Positions 51,879 through 63,155 of a DNA stretch of 64,000 nucleotides are shown here, one piece after another. The stretch comes from Alphaproteobacteria bacterium (GTDB lineage: Bacteria > Pseudomonadota > Alphaproteobacteria > SP197), in the NCBI GenBank assembly GCA_964291265.2, contig OZ219747.1:2368001-2432000 (forward strand). The letters are read 5' to 3'. A program made the position numbers and the translations under genes. Position 1 is the stretch's first letter, and every line of letters begins with the position of its first letter. The notes under the pieces are model-generated. The model made no database searches. It had not been told where the DNA came from and saw nothing but the letters and a program-made list of their open reading frames with translations.

Positions 51879-53243
51879 ATGACACACATTGAATTTCCCG
51901 GCGATGTCGACTCTCCTGATGCCGGGATCAGGGTGAGCCGGCGTATCGCCGACGAACTGCGGTGCACGCGCGTCCTGCGCAACCTCTCCATCGAGGATGT
52001 CGCGGCGACACTGAGGATCAGGGACGGCTTCATCGAGGCCATGGAAGAGGATCGATTCGATGATCTTCCGGGATCCGCCTACATTTCCGGGTTTCTGAGG
52101 ACCTACGCCAATTACCTCGGCCTCGATGGCGATCAGCTGGTGGCCTGGTTCAAGGACGACAACCAATCGACTTTCGCACCCAGGGAAATGGGGTTGCCGG
52201 TTCCGGTCTCGGAAGTCAGGCGGCCGACATTTCCGATCATCACGGTATCGCTCGTCGCCGCCGTCGGCATCGCGGTGGCCTGGTATGTCATTCAGGAACG
52301 ACAGTCGATCGATATCGATCTCGTGCCCGAGGTCCCCGGGTCGATCGTCGAGAACACATCGACCGGCCTCTCGGACGATGCGGGATCGAATGCCCTGGAT
52401 GGTGACGACGTGTTTGACGCCGTCGGAGAGGCCGCCACCGCGGAGCCTGACGCCGAAACCAAGCAGGTGGCCGGGGCCGGCGGTCCCCCGGACACCGTCG
52501 GCACGGCGGGCGACGGCGATGCCGCGGACCTTGCGTCCGACGCCGTGGTCGGCAGTCCGGACGATGCGGGATCGGATGCCCTGGATGGTGACGAGGTGTT
52601 TGACGCCGTCGGAGAGGCGGCGACCGCGGCCGACGTTCCCCCGGACACCGTCGGCACGGCGGGTGACGGCGATGCCGCGGACCTTGCGCCCGACGCCGTG
52701 GTCGGCAGTCCGGACGGTGCCGCTGCCGGCGAGGCAGCGGACATTCGCCCGAGCATCGTCGATGACGGTGCGAACGACGCCGTGACGGACGGCGGGACGG
52801 ACACGAGACAGGGCGAGGCCGGTGTGGCCCTCCAGGACCTGGCCGATGCCACGGGTGTCGAGAGCGGCGGCGATGAGTCGTGGGACGCCGCCGTGTTCGC
52901 CTCCGGGGACACTGTTCAGGAGCCGGCGGCCGTCGCTGAGGAAGAGGCGGACGATCAGCACACGGTCTACGGGACACCGGGCGCCGGTTCGCGCATCGAG
53001 TTGCGAGCCATCGATGAAACCTGGGTCCAGATCACGGCGCCCGACGGCGTGGCCGTGCTCACCCATATCCTGCTGCCCGGAGATGTCTATCACGTGCCCC
53101 ACGGCGACGGTCTCATGCTCGATACGGGAAATGCCGGCGGTCTCGAGATACGGGTTGACGGAGAGCTCATGCCCCCGCTTGGCGGGACCGGAGCCGTGGT
53201 GCGTGACGTCCTGTTGTCCGTCGAAACCCTGATCCGGCGATGA
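51879..53243 (+). CDS. rodZ: RodZ-family protein (HTH_25 + TM + DUF4115)
   Basis: [23 protein letters not shown] segment, TWVQI..GNAGGL..VDG. Confidence 0.85.
   Translation: MTHIEFPGDVDSPDAGIRVSRRIADELRCTRVLRNLSIEDVAATLRIRDGFIEAMEEDRFDDLPGSAYISGFLRTYANYLGLDGDQLVAWFKDDNQSTFAPREMGLPVPVSEVRRPTFPIITVSLVAAVGIAVAWYVIQERQSIDIDLVPEVPGSIVENTSTGLSDDAGSNALDGDDVFDAVGEAATAEPDAETKQVAGAGGPPDTVGTAGDGDAADLASDAVVGSPDDAGSDALDGDEVFDAVGEAATAADVPPDTVGTAGDGDAADLAPDAVVGSPDGAAAGEAADIRPSIVDDGANDAVTDGGTDTRQGEAGVALQDLADATGVESGGDESWDAAVFASGDTVQEPAAVAEEEADDQHTVYGTPGAGSRIELRAIDETWVQITAPDGVAVLTHILLPGDVYHVPHGDGLMLDTGNAGGLEIRVDGELMPPLGGTGAVVRDVLLSVETLIRR
52372..52710 (+). repeat. In-frame tandem duplication (186 bp + 153 bp) in the rodZ linker
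   Basis: CGGACGATGCGGGATCG..GCCCTGGATGGTGACGA..GGCAGTC repeated at 52372 and 52558; copy 2 is 33 bp shorter. Confidence 0.9.
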
Positions 53244-53304
53244 TGGCGCCTTGTCTGGAAGGAGCGGGCGGAGTATCAGTCAACGGCCAACCGGAACGCG
53301 AACC

Positions 53305-54411
53305 ATGAAGGACATTCCGAGACCACCCAGGCGGTGCAGTCGGACCGTCATGGTGGGTCAGGTTGCGGTGGGAGGCGATGCGCCGATTGCCGTGCAGTCG
53401 ATGACCAACACGCTCACGAGCGATGTTGCGTCGACATCCTCCCAGATAAGCGCACTCGCTGTCGCCGGTGCCGACATCGTGCGCGTGTCGTGCCCCGACG
53501 AGGACTCGACGGCGGCCCTGCGCAAGATCGTTGCCGAATCACCCGTGCCCCTGGTGGCCGATATCCACTTTCACCACCGGCGCGCCATCGAGGCAGCCAA
53601 GGCCGGCGCGTCCTGTCTGCGCATCAATCCCGGCAACGTCGGTTCGAGCGATCGGGTGAAGGACGTGGTGAAGGCCGCCCGGGACCACGGCTGCTCGATG
53701 AGAATCGGCGTCAATGCCGGTTCACTCGAGCGTGACCTTCTCGAGCGATTCCGCGGCCCCACGCCCGAAGCCATGGTCGAGAGCGCTCTTGGACATGCCC
53801 GCATTCTCGAGGACAACGACTTCCTTGATTTCAAGATCAGCGTCAAGGCGTCCGGAGTCGGGCTGGCGACCACGGCATACCGGATGCTCGCGGCGCGCTG
53901 CGACTATCCCCTCCATCTCGGCATCACGGAGGCCGGCGGCCTTGTTGCCGGCACCGTCAAGTCGTCGGTCGGAATCGGCATGTTGCTGGCCGAGGGCATC
54001 GGCGACACCATCAGGGTGTCGCTTGCCGCCGACCCGGTCGAGGAAGTGACCGTCGGCTGGGAGATCCTCAAGGCGCTGGATCTGCGCCGACGCGGCGTCA
54101 CCGTCATTGCGTGCCCGTCGTGCGCCCGCCAGCAGTTCGATGTGCCGGAGACCGTCAGCCGTCTCGAGCGGCGCCTTGCGCATGTCGATGCTGCGATGTC
54201 GGTGTCGATCATCGGTTGCGTGGTGAACGGACCCGGTGAAGCGCGCCTCTCCGACATCGGTCTGACGGGCGGCGGCAAGGAGCGACATCTCGTCTACATG
54301 TCGGGCAAGGCCGATCACAAGGTGTCCACCGGGGATCTTGTCGAACATGTGGCAACGCTCGTGGAGCAACGCGCCGAACAGATTCGCCACGAAGCCAGCT
54401 CCAGTGACTGA
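53305..54411 (+). CDS. ispG: HMBPP synthase
   Basis: [43 protein letters not shown]. Confidence 0.97.
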   Translation: MKDIPRPPRRCSRTVMVGQVAVGGDAPIAVQSMTNTLTSDVASTSSQISALAVAGADIVRVSCPDEDSTAALRKIVAESPVPLVADIHFHHRRAIEAAKAGASCLRINPGNVGSSDRVKDVVKAARDHGCSMRIGVNAGSLERDLLERFRGPTPEAMVESALGHARILEDNDFLDFKISVKASGVGLATTAYRMLAARCDYPLHLGITEAGGLVAGTVKSSVGIGMLLAEGIGDTIRVSLAADPVEEVTVGWEILKALDLRRRGVTVIACPSCARQQFDVPETVSRLERRLAHVDAAMSVSIIGCVVNGPGEARLSDIGLTGGGKERHLVYMSGKADHKVSTGDLVEHVATLVEQRAEQIRHEASSSD

Positions 54412-54425
54412 ACGTCCCGGTGCTC

Positions 54426-55676
54426 ATGGGTGAAAGGCTGCAGCCGGTCCGGGGAACCCGCGATCTCCTGCCCGCGGACTGCCGGTCGCACGCGCGTGTC
54501 GAGGATGTCTGCCGCCGCATCGCCGAGCGCTATGGCTACGGCGAGATTCGCACGCCGATCCTCGAGGCCACGCAGGTCTTCTCCCGGACGCTTGGCGATG
54601 CGACCGATGTCGTTCAGAAGGAGATGTACACCTTTGACGACCGCAATGGCGACAGCATCACCCTGCGTCCGGAGAACACGGCAGGTGTGGCAAGGGCACT
54701 GCTTTCCAACGGTCTGCTCGATTCCATGCCGCTCAGGTTGCACTACGCCGGTGCGATGTTTCGCCACGAACGCCCGCAGAGGGGCCGATACCGTCAGTTT
54801 CACCAGACCGGGGTCGAACTCTTCGGCGTGGCCGAGCCCCTGGGTGATGTCGAGGTCATTGCCCTGGCCCGCGATGTTCTCGACGAACTCGGACTTCTCC
54901 AGGACACCGTCCTCGAGATCAGCACGCTGGGCGACGCCGCAAGCCGTCAACACCACATGCGGGCCCTGGTGGCATACTTCAACGATCATGGCAGCCAGCT
55001 GAGCGACATCTCGGTCAGGCGCCTCGAGCGCAACCCCTTGCGTATTCTCGATTCGAAGGAGCCACGTGACCGGGACCTGATCGCCGATGCGCCGGTCATC
55101 CTCGATTACCTCGGCGACGATGCCCGTCGCTTCTTCGACCAGGTGCTCGAGGGGCTCGATACCCTGTCGATCGCCTGCGAGGTCAATCCGCGGATTGTTC
55201 GCGGCTTCGACTACTACTGTCACACCGCCTTCGAATTCGTGACCGCGAAGCTCGGTGCCCAGGGAACGGTGATCGGTGGCGGCCGCTACGACGGCCTGAT
55301 GGAGCAGATGGGAGGGCCTCCGGTCCCCGGTGTCGGCTGGGCGTCCGGAATCGAGCGGCTCGCCCTGCTCGCCGGCGAACCTCCCGGGCCCCGGCGGCCC
55401 ATTGCCATCATCGGCCTCGGTGAACCCGCCACCAGGCAGGTGCTCGTGATGGCCCACGAGCTGCGCCGGCAAGGGCATCGCGTCGATCTTGCATACCGTG
55501 GCAACCTGCGGCGGCGCATGCAGCGCGCCCACAAGGTGGGCGCCAGCCATGCGGTCATCGTCGGCGATGCCGAACTGGCGCGCGGGGTCGCGTTGGTGCG
55601 CGATCTCGACAGCGGCGAGCAGCATGAATGCTCCCTTGACCGCCTGGGAGAAGGCCTGCCACGCCCGGGTGCGTGA
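54426..55676 (+). CDS. hisS: Histidine--tRNA ligase
   Basis: LRPENTA, FRHERPQRGRYRQF, VRGFDYY, GGGRYDGL. Confidence 0.97.
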   Translation: MGERLQPVRGTRDLLPADCRSHARVEDVCRRIAERYGYGEIRTPILEATQVFSRTLGDATDVVQKEMYTFDDRNGDSITLRPENTAGVARALLSNGLLDSMPLRLHYAGAMFRHERPQRGRYRQFHQTGVELFGVAEPLGDVEVIALARDVLDELGLLQDTVLEISTLGDAASRQHHMRALVAYFNDHGSQLSDISVRRLERNPLRILDSKEPRDRDLIADAPVILDYLGDDARRFFDQVLEGLDTLSIACEVNPRIVRGFDYYCHTAFEFVTAKLGAQGTVIGGGRYDGLMEQMGGPPVPGVGWASGIERLALLAGEPPGPRRPIAIIGLGEPATRQVLVMAHELRRQGHRVDLAYRGNLRRRMQRAHKVGASHAVIVGDAELARGVALVRDLDSGEQHECSLDRLGEGLPRPGA

Positions 55677-56782
55677 TCATGGCGCCCAGGATCCACATTT
55701 CGGTTGTCGTGAGGGGACCGGCTGCAGTCCCGCATCAGGGGCATGACGCGCTCATGAAGCACCTGAGGGACTCGGGAGTCACCGAAGCCCTCATCATCCG
55801 GACACCTGCGGGTATCGACCTTCACGTCATGGCGGCGGGTGCCGACGAGCTTCGCCGCCTCCTTGAGGGGTTTCCGGGGGCGGGCGCCGGCGACGGGATG
55901 GTGACCGGAACCGACGCCCTTCGCCGCCTTCTCCATTCTGCCGCCCGCACAGATGATCCGGTCCTGGCCGGCGCCGTCGACGAGCTCAAGGAAAGTCACA
56001 GGCGGGCATGGCAGGCCGGCATGATCGGTGGAGCCCTGCAGGATCGTCTGCAGCTCGCCTACCGGGTGGCGCGGCAGATGCGCGGCGACAGCCTGCTCCG
56101 GGATCGCCCCTTGTCGATCGTGTCGTCCGCGGTCCGCGTCGCCCGGGACATCCACGGCGACCTCGCGAGGGTCCGCGGGCTCCTGATCGGCACGGAGGAA
56201 GCCGGAGAGATGATTGCCGCGCGACTCCTCGAAAGCGGTCTGGAGACGCTTGTGGTGATGCACGAGCGCCGTCATCTCGCAGCCGCCCTCGCCGGGCGCC
56301 TCGGCGCGACACCTGCCGAGGCGGAAGGGCTTGAGGCCGAACTCGTTCATGCCGACATCGTCATCCTGTCCGCGGGCGGCGGTGACCACACCCTCGGCGC
56401 AGCGGATGTCTCGAAGGCACTGGCGGTGCGGCGGGCGCGGCCCGTCTTCCTTGTCGACGCCGGCGTTCCCCCTGAAGCCGATCCGGCCATCGAGTTTCTC
56501 GACGATGTGTTCTACTACACCCTTGATCATCTTGAACGCGCAACCTTCGAGGGAGGGCGCCAGCGCCCGCAACAGGACGAAGCGGCTGCAGTCGCCGTCG
56601 AAACCGCCGTCGCCTCCTTTGGCGCACATGCTTCCGGCAGCGTCGACATGGAGAAAGCGGGACGGATGAGACACATCCTCGAACAGGCTCGCGGCAGGGT
56701 CCTTGCCGAGACCCCTGATGCCGATGCCTTCGAGGCGACAGCCGCCCTTGTCGACCTTGTGGTCCGTGAGATCGACACATGA
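55673..56782 (+). CDS. Divergent glutamyl-tRNA reductase (HemA)-like protein lacking the catalytic Cys
   Basis: LSIVSSAVRVARDIHGDL, ADIVI, FLVDAGVP..D, FYYTLDHL match the HemA NAD(P) domain; located directly before prfA-prmC. Confidence 0.7.
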   Translation: MIMAPRIHISVVVRGPAAVPHQGHDALMKHLRDSGVTEALIIRTPAGIDLHVMAAGADELRRLLEGFPGAGAGDGMVTGTDALRRLLHSAARTDDPVLAGAVDELKESHRRAWQAGMIGGALQDRLQLAYRVARQMRGDSLLRDRPLSIVSSAVRVARDIHGDLARVRGLLIGTEEAGEMIAARLLESGLETLVVMHERRHLAAALAGRLGATPAEAEGLEAELVHADIVILSAGGGDHTLGAADVSKALAVRRARPVFLVDAGVPPEADPAIEFLDDVFYYTLDHLERATFEGGRQRPQQDEAAAVAVETAVASFGAHASGSVDMEKAGRMRHILEQARGRVLAETPDADAFEATAALVDLVVREIDT

Positions 56783-57849
56783 GCCTGGAAGACAGTCTCG
56801 GGAAGGTCGTCCTGCGCCATGCCGAACTGGCGGCGCGACTCGCCGGGGAGACACCCGGGGGAGAGGAGTACGTCGGCATGGCGCGGGAGTTCGCCGAACT
56901 GGCTCCCGTGGTCGAGGTGGTCCAGGCGCTTGCAGAAGCCAGGCGGCAGGGCGCCGATCTCGCCGTCATGGTCGACAGCGAGGCGGACGAGGAGATGCGT
57001 CAGCTCGCCCGGGAGGAACACGCGGTGCTTCGCGAGCGCATTGCCGAACTCGAACAGTCGGTTCGCCTTGCCCTGCTGCCGCGTGACGAAGCAGATGGAC
57101 GCGATGTCGTTCTCGAGGTGCGTGCCGGCGCCGGGGGTGAGGAGGCGATGCTGTTTGCCGGCGTCCTGGTGGAGATGTATCGCCGGTATGCGATGACCAG
57201 GGACTGGACATTCGAAACTCTCTCCAGAACGACATCCAACACCGGCGGGGTCAGGGAGTGCATTGCACTGGTCCGCGGGCGTGACGTGTTCGCCCGGTTG
57301 AAGTTCGAATCCGGCGTCCACCGTGTGCAGCGAGTCCCGACGACGGAGTCCCAGGGCAGGATTCACACATCGACGGCCACCGTCGCCATTCTTCCCGAGG
57401 CGGCGGAGGTCGACGTCAGGATTGACGTGAACGACCTCAGGGTCGACACATTCCGAGCCTCGGGGGCTGGTGGCCAGCACGTCAACAAGACAGACAGCGC
57501 CGTCAGGATCACACACCTTCCCACGGGCATCGTGGTGTCCCAGCAGAGCGACCGGTCCCAGCACAGGAACCGGGCCAGGGCCATGACCGTCCTGAGGTCC
57601 CGTCTCTACGACCTCGAGCGCCGGCAGCGCGCTTCCGCCGAAGCGCGGGCGCGAAGGGAACAGGTGGGCAGCGGTGACCGTTCGGAGCGCATCCGGACCT
57701 ACAACTATCCCCAGGGGCGCATCAGCGATCACCGGATCAATCTCACGCTCTTCAGGCTCGAGGACGTCGTTTCCGGCCAGGCTCTCGACGAGGTCATCGA
57801 ACCGCTGATGTCCAGCGACCGGGCAACGCGCCTGGCAGAGCTTCGCTGA
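56779..57849 (+). CDS. prfA: Peptide chain release factor 1
   Basis: ESGVHRVQRVPTTE (PxT), GAGGQHVN, RSERIRTYN. Confidence 0.97.
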   Translation: MSLEDSLGKVVLRHAELAARLAGETPGGEEYVGMAREFAELAPVVEVVQALAEARRQGADLAVMVDSEADEEMRQLAREEHAVLRERIAELEQSVRLALLPRDEADGRDVVLEVRAGAGGEEAMLFAGVLVEMYRRYAMTRDWTFETLSRTTSNTGGVRECIALVRGRDVFARLKFESGVHRVQRVPTTESQGRIHTSTATVAILPEAAEVDVRIDVNDLRVDTFRASGAGGQHVNKTDSAVRITHLPTGIVVSQQSDRSQHRNRARAMTVLRSRLYDLERRQRASAEARARREQVGSGDRSERIRTYNYPQGRISDHRINLTLFRLEDVVSGQALDEVIEPLMSSDRATRLAELR

Positions 57850-57850
57850 C

Positions 57851-58687
57851 GTGGCGGCGGCCAGGCTTCATGATGCCCTGCGGCGAGCGACAGCGAAGCT
57901 GCGCACCGCCGGTGTCGAAAACCCTGCCAGGGAAGCCCGGCTTCTGGCAGGGCTTGCTGCCGGACGTGACGAACCGCAGACGCTTTCTTGCGGGGAGCAG
58001 CGCACTCTCGCCACCCTCGTCGACCGGCGGGCGCAGCGTGAGCCCTTCGCGCAGATTGCCGGGTTTCGCGAGTTCTGGAGCCTCGACTTCGAGGTCACCG
58101 CGGACACCCTGACTCCGCGTCCGGACAGCGAAACACTGATCGAATGCTGTCTTGACCGCCTGGGGCGCCATCCCCCGGCACGTGTTCTTGATCTTGGAAC
58201 CGGAACGGGATGTCTTCTGGTCACGCTCCTCGTGACGTGGACCGGCAGCACGGGCCTTGGACTCGACGTCAGTGAGCGGGCTTGTGCCGTGGCGGCCCGC
58301 AACGTGCGCCGACATGGGGTTGGCGATCGCGCCTGGATCATGTGTGGAGACTGGCTCGCCGCCCTTGGCTCGACTTTCGACCTCGTCGTCGCCAATCCTC
58401 CCTACGTGTCGAGCGGGGACATCGCCGGTCTTGATCCGGAAATCGCCCTCCACGAGCCCGGCGTGGCCATCGATGGCGGCGTGGACGGCTACGCCTGCCA
58501 TCGGCGGATTGTGCCGCGCCTCGCCACACTTCTCTCAAGGGACGGCATCGCCGTGGTCGAACATGGCCCCGACCAGCGGGACGGACTCGCGGCTCTCGCC
58601 GATGACAGCGGTCTTGACGTGGTGGGAGCACTCGACGATTGTGGCCGTCGGCACCGTGTCCTCGTCATGGCGCATCGAGATCAGTGA
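57851..58687 (+). CDS. prmC: Release factor glutamine methyltransferase
   Basis: PRPDSETL, LDLGTGTGC, NPPY. Confidence 0.95.
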   Translation: MAAARLHDALRRATAKLRTAGVENPAREARLLAGLAAGRDEPQTLSCGEQRTLATLVDRRAQREPFAQIAGFREFWSLDFEVTADTLTPRPDSETLIECCLDRLGRHPPARVLDLGTGTGCLLVTLLVTWTGSTGLGLDVSERACAVAARNVRRHGVGDRAWIMCGDWLAALGSTFDLVVANPPYVSSGDIAGLDPEIALHEPGVAIDGGVDGYACHRRIVPRLATLLSRDGIAVVEHGPDQRDGLAALADDSGLDVVGALDDCGRRHRVLVMAHRDQ

Positions 58688-58873
58688 AGAAATTCCTTGG
58701 AAAGCTCCGCCGGATTGTATACCGTCCTGTGACGGACAGGGATTTGCCGTCGGCGACAATGTGTGTCACCGTCGAGTGTGGAACCGGCACGTGACTCCGC
58801 GGAACACCGTACTCAGGCACCCGGCAAGACTGTCGTTTCCAACCCAACAGAAACCGTCGAGAGCGAGTTTTCC

Positions 58874-59386
58874 ATGAGATCAGGTGGATCGGGCAGGCGT
58901 TTCCGCAACAATCGCGGCAATGCGCGTCGTGCCGGAGGGAACAACCGCAACCAGTCACTCGAAAGTACCGGCCCCGACGTCAAGGTACGGGGAACAGCCC
59001 AGCAGATTGCCGACAGGTATCTCATGCTGGCGCGTGACGCATCGTCATCCGGTGATCTGGTGGTGGCGGAGAACTGCCTGCAGCACGCAGAGCACTATCA
59101 GAGAATCGTCAATCAGCACGCCGAGCGTGCCGCCGAACAGCAGCGTGAACGCGAGGAGCGGGCCGAACGGCAGCACCGACCACCTGACGACCAGTCCCAG
59201 GGAGAGTCGGCGGCGTCCTGCTCGCCCGCTCCAGAGGGCGAGGCAGCGGCCTCACTTGAGGGCAAGGTGGTCGAAAAGGGCCGTGATCATTCCCGGTCAC
59301 GGACACGGCGCAGAGCCAACGGCGCCGGACGCGACGACGATTCCGCACCGGCCTCGTCCGAAGGCGAGCAGCCGGTCATCACCTGA
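58874..59386 (+). CDS. DUF4167 protein
   Basis: ESTGPDVKVRGTAQQIADRY..LARDA..GD.V.AEN.LQHAEHY; usual prmC-clpB context. Confidence 0.88.
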   Translation: MRSGGSGRRFRNNRGNARRAGGNNRNQSLESTGPDVKVRGTAQQIADRYLMLARDASSSGDLVVAENCLQHAEHYQRIVNQHAERAAEQQREREERAERQHRPPDDQSQGESAASCSPAPEGEAAASLEGKVVEKGRDHSRSRTRRRANGAGRDDDSAPASSEGEQPVIT

Positions 59387-59458
59387 CAGGATATCTGCCG
59401 CCGTCAGTCCTGAAGGACAGGCGACTCCCTTCTTCGTCGAGGAACTCCCGTCATGCCC

Positions 59459-59502
59459 CTGAACCCTTGTGTTGCAGAAATGCAACACCACATGGGGTTC
59501 AG
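59459..59502 (+). promoter_or_regulatory. Putative RpoH (sigma32) promoter of clpB overlapped by a palindrome
   Basis: CCCTTG..N16..CCACAT; GTGTTGCA-GAAA-TGCAACAC inverted repeat within the spacer. Confidence 0.45.
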
Positions 59503-59521
59503 ATTGCAGGGGTGATGATCG

Positions 59522-62116
59522 ATGGATCTTGGGAATTTCACGGAAAGGTCGCGCGGATTCATTCGGGCGGCCCACGGTCTCGCCGAGGCGCGAGGGCATC
59601 AGCACATCGTTCCGTGTCATCTGGCGAGGGAGCTTCTCGCCGATCGCCAGGGGCTTGCGGCGGAGCTGATGCGCACCGCCGGCGCCGATCCGGAAAGGGC
59701 GCTGGCCGACATCGAAACAGCGCTCCAGCGCCTGCCAAGGATAACCGGAGGCGGGGCTCAGCATCTCTACGCCTCCACGGAGTTCCTCAGGATCATCGAG
59801 GACGCGGGCAAACGCGCCGCGGAGACCGGCGACAGCTTCGTCACGGCGGAACGCATGTTCGAGGCCCTGGTCCGTCCCGACAGCGACACGGGCAAGATCC
59901 TCGCCGCAGCCGGATTGACGCCTGCGGCGCTCGCCTCCGCCATCGCCGGCATGCGCAAGGGGCGCACCGCGGACAGCCAGACTTCCGAGGAGTCGTTCGA
60001 GGCTCTCCGCAAGTATGCCCGGGACCTGACGGCGGCAGCCCGGGAGGGGGATCTCGATCCGGTCATCGGCCGCGACGAGGAGATTCGCCGCACCATGCAG
60101 GTGCTGTCCCGCAGGACCAAGAACAACCCCGTGCTGATCGGCGAACCGGGAGTGGGAAAGACGGCCATCGTCGAGGGTCTCGCCCAGCGCATCGTCAATC
60201 ACGACGTGCCTGAGTCCCTTGCCAACCGAACCGTGATAGCCCTTGACCTGGGGTCGATGGTCGCCGGATCGAAGTTCCGGGGAGAGTTCGAGGAGCGCAT
60301 GAAGGCCGTTCTCGGAGAGATCGAGGACTCGTCGGGAGACATCATCTGCTTCATCGACGAGCTGCACACCCTCATCGGCGCCGGAGCGGCTGATGGCGCG
60401 ATGGATGCCTCCAACCTGCTCAAGCCCCTGCTTGCCCGCGGCAAGCTCCACTGTGTCGGCGCCACGACTCTCGACGAGTACCGCCAGCATATCGAGAAGG
60501 ACGCCGCGCTCGCACGTCGTTTTCAGCCGGTCCTGGTCGAAGAACCGGGTGTCGAGGCTACGGTCTCCATCCTTCGTGGTCTCAAGGAGAAGTACGAATT
60601 GCACCACGGCGTGCGAATCAGCGACGGCGCGACAGTCGCTGCGGCGCGGCTCTCCAACCGCTATATCACCGACCGTTTCCTCCCCGACAAGGCCATTGAC
60701 CTCGTCGATGAAGCGGCCAGCAGGCTGAGAATGGAAATCGACTCCAGGCCCGAGGAGATCGACGAGCTCGAGCGCCGCATCATCCAGCTCAAGATCGAAC
60801 GCGAGGCTCTTGGCCGGGAGGATGACCGGGTATCGCGTGAACGTCTGGAACGACTCGAGAGGGAGCTCGCCGACCTGGAGGGCCGCGCCTATGCGCTCAA
60901 CGCCGAATGGCAAAAGGAGCGGGACAGGCTGGAGGAGATGCGTCAACTCAAGGAGGGCCTCGATGAGGCCCGCCTGGAGCTCGAGCAGGTGCAGCGCCAG
61001 GGCGATCTGGCGCGTGCCGGAGAGGTGGCCTACAGCGTGATACCCGATCTCGAGCGCCGTCTTGCAGCCATGGGGGAAGCAGAAAGCGGCCAGATGCCCG
61101 GCGAGGAGGTCACGGAAGAGGCCATCGCTTCGGTGGTGTCGAAGTGGACCGGCATACCCGTTGAGCGCATGCTCGAAGGAGAGCGCGAACGGCTGGTCGA
61201 CATGGAGCGTTCGCTTTCGGCCCGTGTGGTCGGCCAGAACGAGGCGCTCGGCGTTGTCGCCAACGCCGTGAGGCGGTCGCGCGCCGGACTGCAGGATCCT
61301 CTGCGGCCGATCGGCAGCTTCATGTTTCTCGGTCCCACGGGAGTCGGCAAGACCGAACTCGTCAAGGCGCTTGCCGAGTTCCTGTTCGACGACGAGGCCG
61401 CGTTGGTGCGCATCGACATGTCCGAGTACATGGAAAAACACGCCGTGGCGAGGATGATAGGGGCGCCACCGGGATATGTCGGATACGAGGAAGGCGGGGT
61501 GCTGACCGAGGCGGTACGCCGGCGGCCCTACCGCGTGGTGCTCTTCGACGAGATCGAGAAGGCGCACGCGGATGTCTTCAACATTCTCCTGCAGGTCCTC
61601 GACGACGGCCGCCTGACAGACGGACACGGCCGTACCGTCGACTTCAGGAACACGGTGATCGTCATGACATCCAACACCGGAGCCGGATTTCTCGCGGAGA
61701 TCGCCGGGGAGGGGGATGACGAACGGGCGAGGGAACTGGTGATGGCGGAACTCAGGACGCAGTTTCGCCCGGAGTTTCTCAACCGTCTGGACGAGATCAT
61801 CTTCTTCCGCCGGCTTGGCCGGGAACAGATGTCCGCCATTGTCGACATCCAGCTTCGCCGTGTCGGCTCGCTTCTCGAGGACCGCAACATCACCATCGAT
61901 GTGGATGAGGGGGCGCGTGAATGGCTCGCCGGGGCAGGGTACGATCCGGCCAATGGCGCCCGTCCGCTCAAGCGCGTGCTGCAACGTGCGCTGCAGGACG
62001 CGCTTGCTGCCCTGATTCTCGAGGGCGAGGTCGCCGATGGTTCGGTCGTCAGGGTCACCGTCGGCGACTCGGGCCTGGTGCTCGAACCTGGTGCCGTACC
62101 CTGCAAGGCAGCCTGA
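59522..62116 (+). CDS. clpB: ATP-dependent chaperone ClpB
   Basis: Two AAA+ domains ([16 protein letters not shown]), coiled-coil M domain, GAPPGYVGY. Confidence 0.98.
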   Translation: MDLGNFTERSRGFIRAAHGLAEARGHQHIVPCHLARELLADRQGLAAELMRTAGADPERALADIETALQRLPRITGGGAQHLYASTEFLRIIEDAGKRAAETGDSFVTAERMFEALVRPDSDTGKILAAAGLTPAALASAIAGMRKGRTADSQTSEESFEALRKYARDLTAAAREGDLDPVIGRDEEIRRTMQVLSRRTKNNPVLIGEPGVGKTAIVEGLAQRIVNHDVPESLANRTVIALDLGSMVAGSKFRGEFEERMKAVLGEIEDSSGDIICFIDELHTLIGAGAADGAMDASNLLKPLLARGKLHCVGATTLDEYRQHIEKDAALARRFQPVLVEEPGVEATVSILRGLKEKYELHHGVRISDGATVAAARLSNRYITDRFLPDKAIDLVDEAASRLRMEIDSRPEEIDELERRIIQLKIEREALGREDDRVSRERLERLERELADLEGRAYALNAEWQKERDRLEEMRQLKEGLDEARLELEQVQRQGDLARAGEVAYSVIPDLERRLAAMGEAESGQMPGEEVTEEAIASVVSKWTGIPVERMLEGERERLVDMERSLSARVVGQNEALGVVANAVRRSRAGLQDPLRPIGSFMFLGPTGVGKTELVKALAEFLFDDEAALVRIDMSEYMEKHAVARMIGAPPGYVGYEEGGVLTEAVRRRPYRVVLFDEIEKAHADVFNILLQVLDDGRLTDGHGRTVDFRNTVIVMTSNTGAGFLAEIAGEGDDERARELVMAELRTQFRPEFLNRLDEIIFFRRLGREQMSAIVDIQLRRVGSLLEDRNITIDVDEGAREWLAGAGYDPANGARPLKRVLQRALQDALAALILEGEVADGSVVRVTVGDSGLVLEPGAVPCKAA

Positions 62117-62240
62117 TGCGTCACCGGTCACGTGCGGGAGACGGGGTTCTCCCCCTTGACGGCAGGGATCCGGCGGTCGGGGCCACCGGTCAAGCGCCCG
62201 GTCTGTCCACCGGCGCCGTTTCCGGCACCCATGCGTTCAT

Positions 62241-63155
62241 TCACGTCCTGCCTTCTCTCGCCAGGTGTTGCGCAAGGGCAGCGATATGGTCGGGGCTCAT
62301 GCCACAGCAGCCACCGATCGCCGTGACGCCGCGATCGAGATAGGTGGTGGCTTCGCGCGCAAACGCATCGGGTTCGACCTCATCGTCGAACTGCCAGTTG
62401 GGCATCCTGAAACTCCCGGAATGAGGGTAGGCGAAGAGAGGTCCCGACCAGACATCCTTCAATCGATCAAGGCCGGGAGGAGTATCGGGTATCTCGCTGT
62501 GCATGATGCCGGCGGCGTGGGCGTCACCCGCGCCAAGACAGTCGTCACGGATGCGCTCGAATGCGAGGTCGGTGCGCTCGTTGAGCCCGAGGACCCGGTC
62601 ATGCGCGGTGCGTACGCTGAAGCCGACCCACACGGGAAGGCCGGTGGCCGTGGCGGCGCTGACGGCCAGGGGAGAGATGGAGGTATCGAGCATCATCTCC
62701 GTGATGAGCAGGTCGCAGCCGGCCGCGACGAGGGTCTCGGCCTGCAGCGCATAGCTCCGTCGAGCCTCGTTCGTCGAGGGCCAGGCGCCGAGCCCGGCAT
62801 GGAAGCTCGACAGAGAGCCGGCGATCCAGATCCGGCGGTCCGGCGCCGCCTCTGCGACGGCTTCCCGCACGAGTTCGCAGGCGAGGTGATTGAGAGCGAG
62901 TGCCTCGGCCTCGGCGAAGCCGGCATGAGCGAGGACGTGGGGAGCCGCGGCGTAGGAATTGACAATCAGGATGTCCGCGCCGGCATCGATGAAGTCCCGG
63001 TGGATCGTGCGGATCATGTCCGGGTGGGTCTTCAGGGCCGATCCGGCCCACGACTGGGCATGCATGGGCACCCCCCGGCGCTCGAGTTCGGTGCCCATGC
63101 CGCCGTCGATGACAAGGATATCGCCGGTCTCGACGCGCTCCCGGATGGTGCCCAT
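62241..63155 (-). CDS. Homocysteine S-methyltransferase family protein
   Basis: IDGGMGTEL, HRDFIDAGADI, AGSLS, IGGCCG. Confidence 0.88.
   Translation of the reverse strand: MGTIRERVETGDILVIDGGMGTELERRGVPMHAQSWAGSALKTHPDMIRTIHRDFIDAGADILIVNSYAAAPHVLAHAGFAEAEALALNHLACELVREAVAEAAPDRRIWIAGSLSSFHAGLGAWPSTNEARRSYALQAETLVAAGCDLLITEMMLDTSISPLAVSAATATGLPVWVGFSVRTAHDRVLGLNERTDLAFERIRDDCLGAGDAHAAGIMHSEIPDTPPGLDRLKDVWSGPLFAYPHSGSFRMPNWQFDDEVEPDAFAREATTYLDRGVTAIGGCCGMSPDHIAALAQHLAREGRT

Noticed and set aside
9119-62131. Many long antisense or alternate-frame ORFs (e.g. 9119-11014 +, 11865-13826 +, 30582-32735 -, 44775-46532 +, 59297-62131 -)
   Set aside because: They shadow well-supported genes, have no motifs, and are expected in high-GC DNA with few stop codons.
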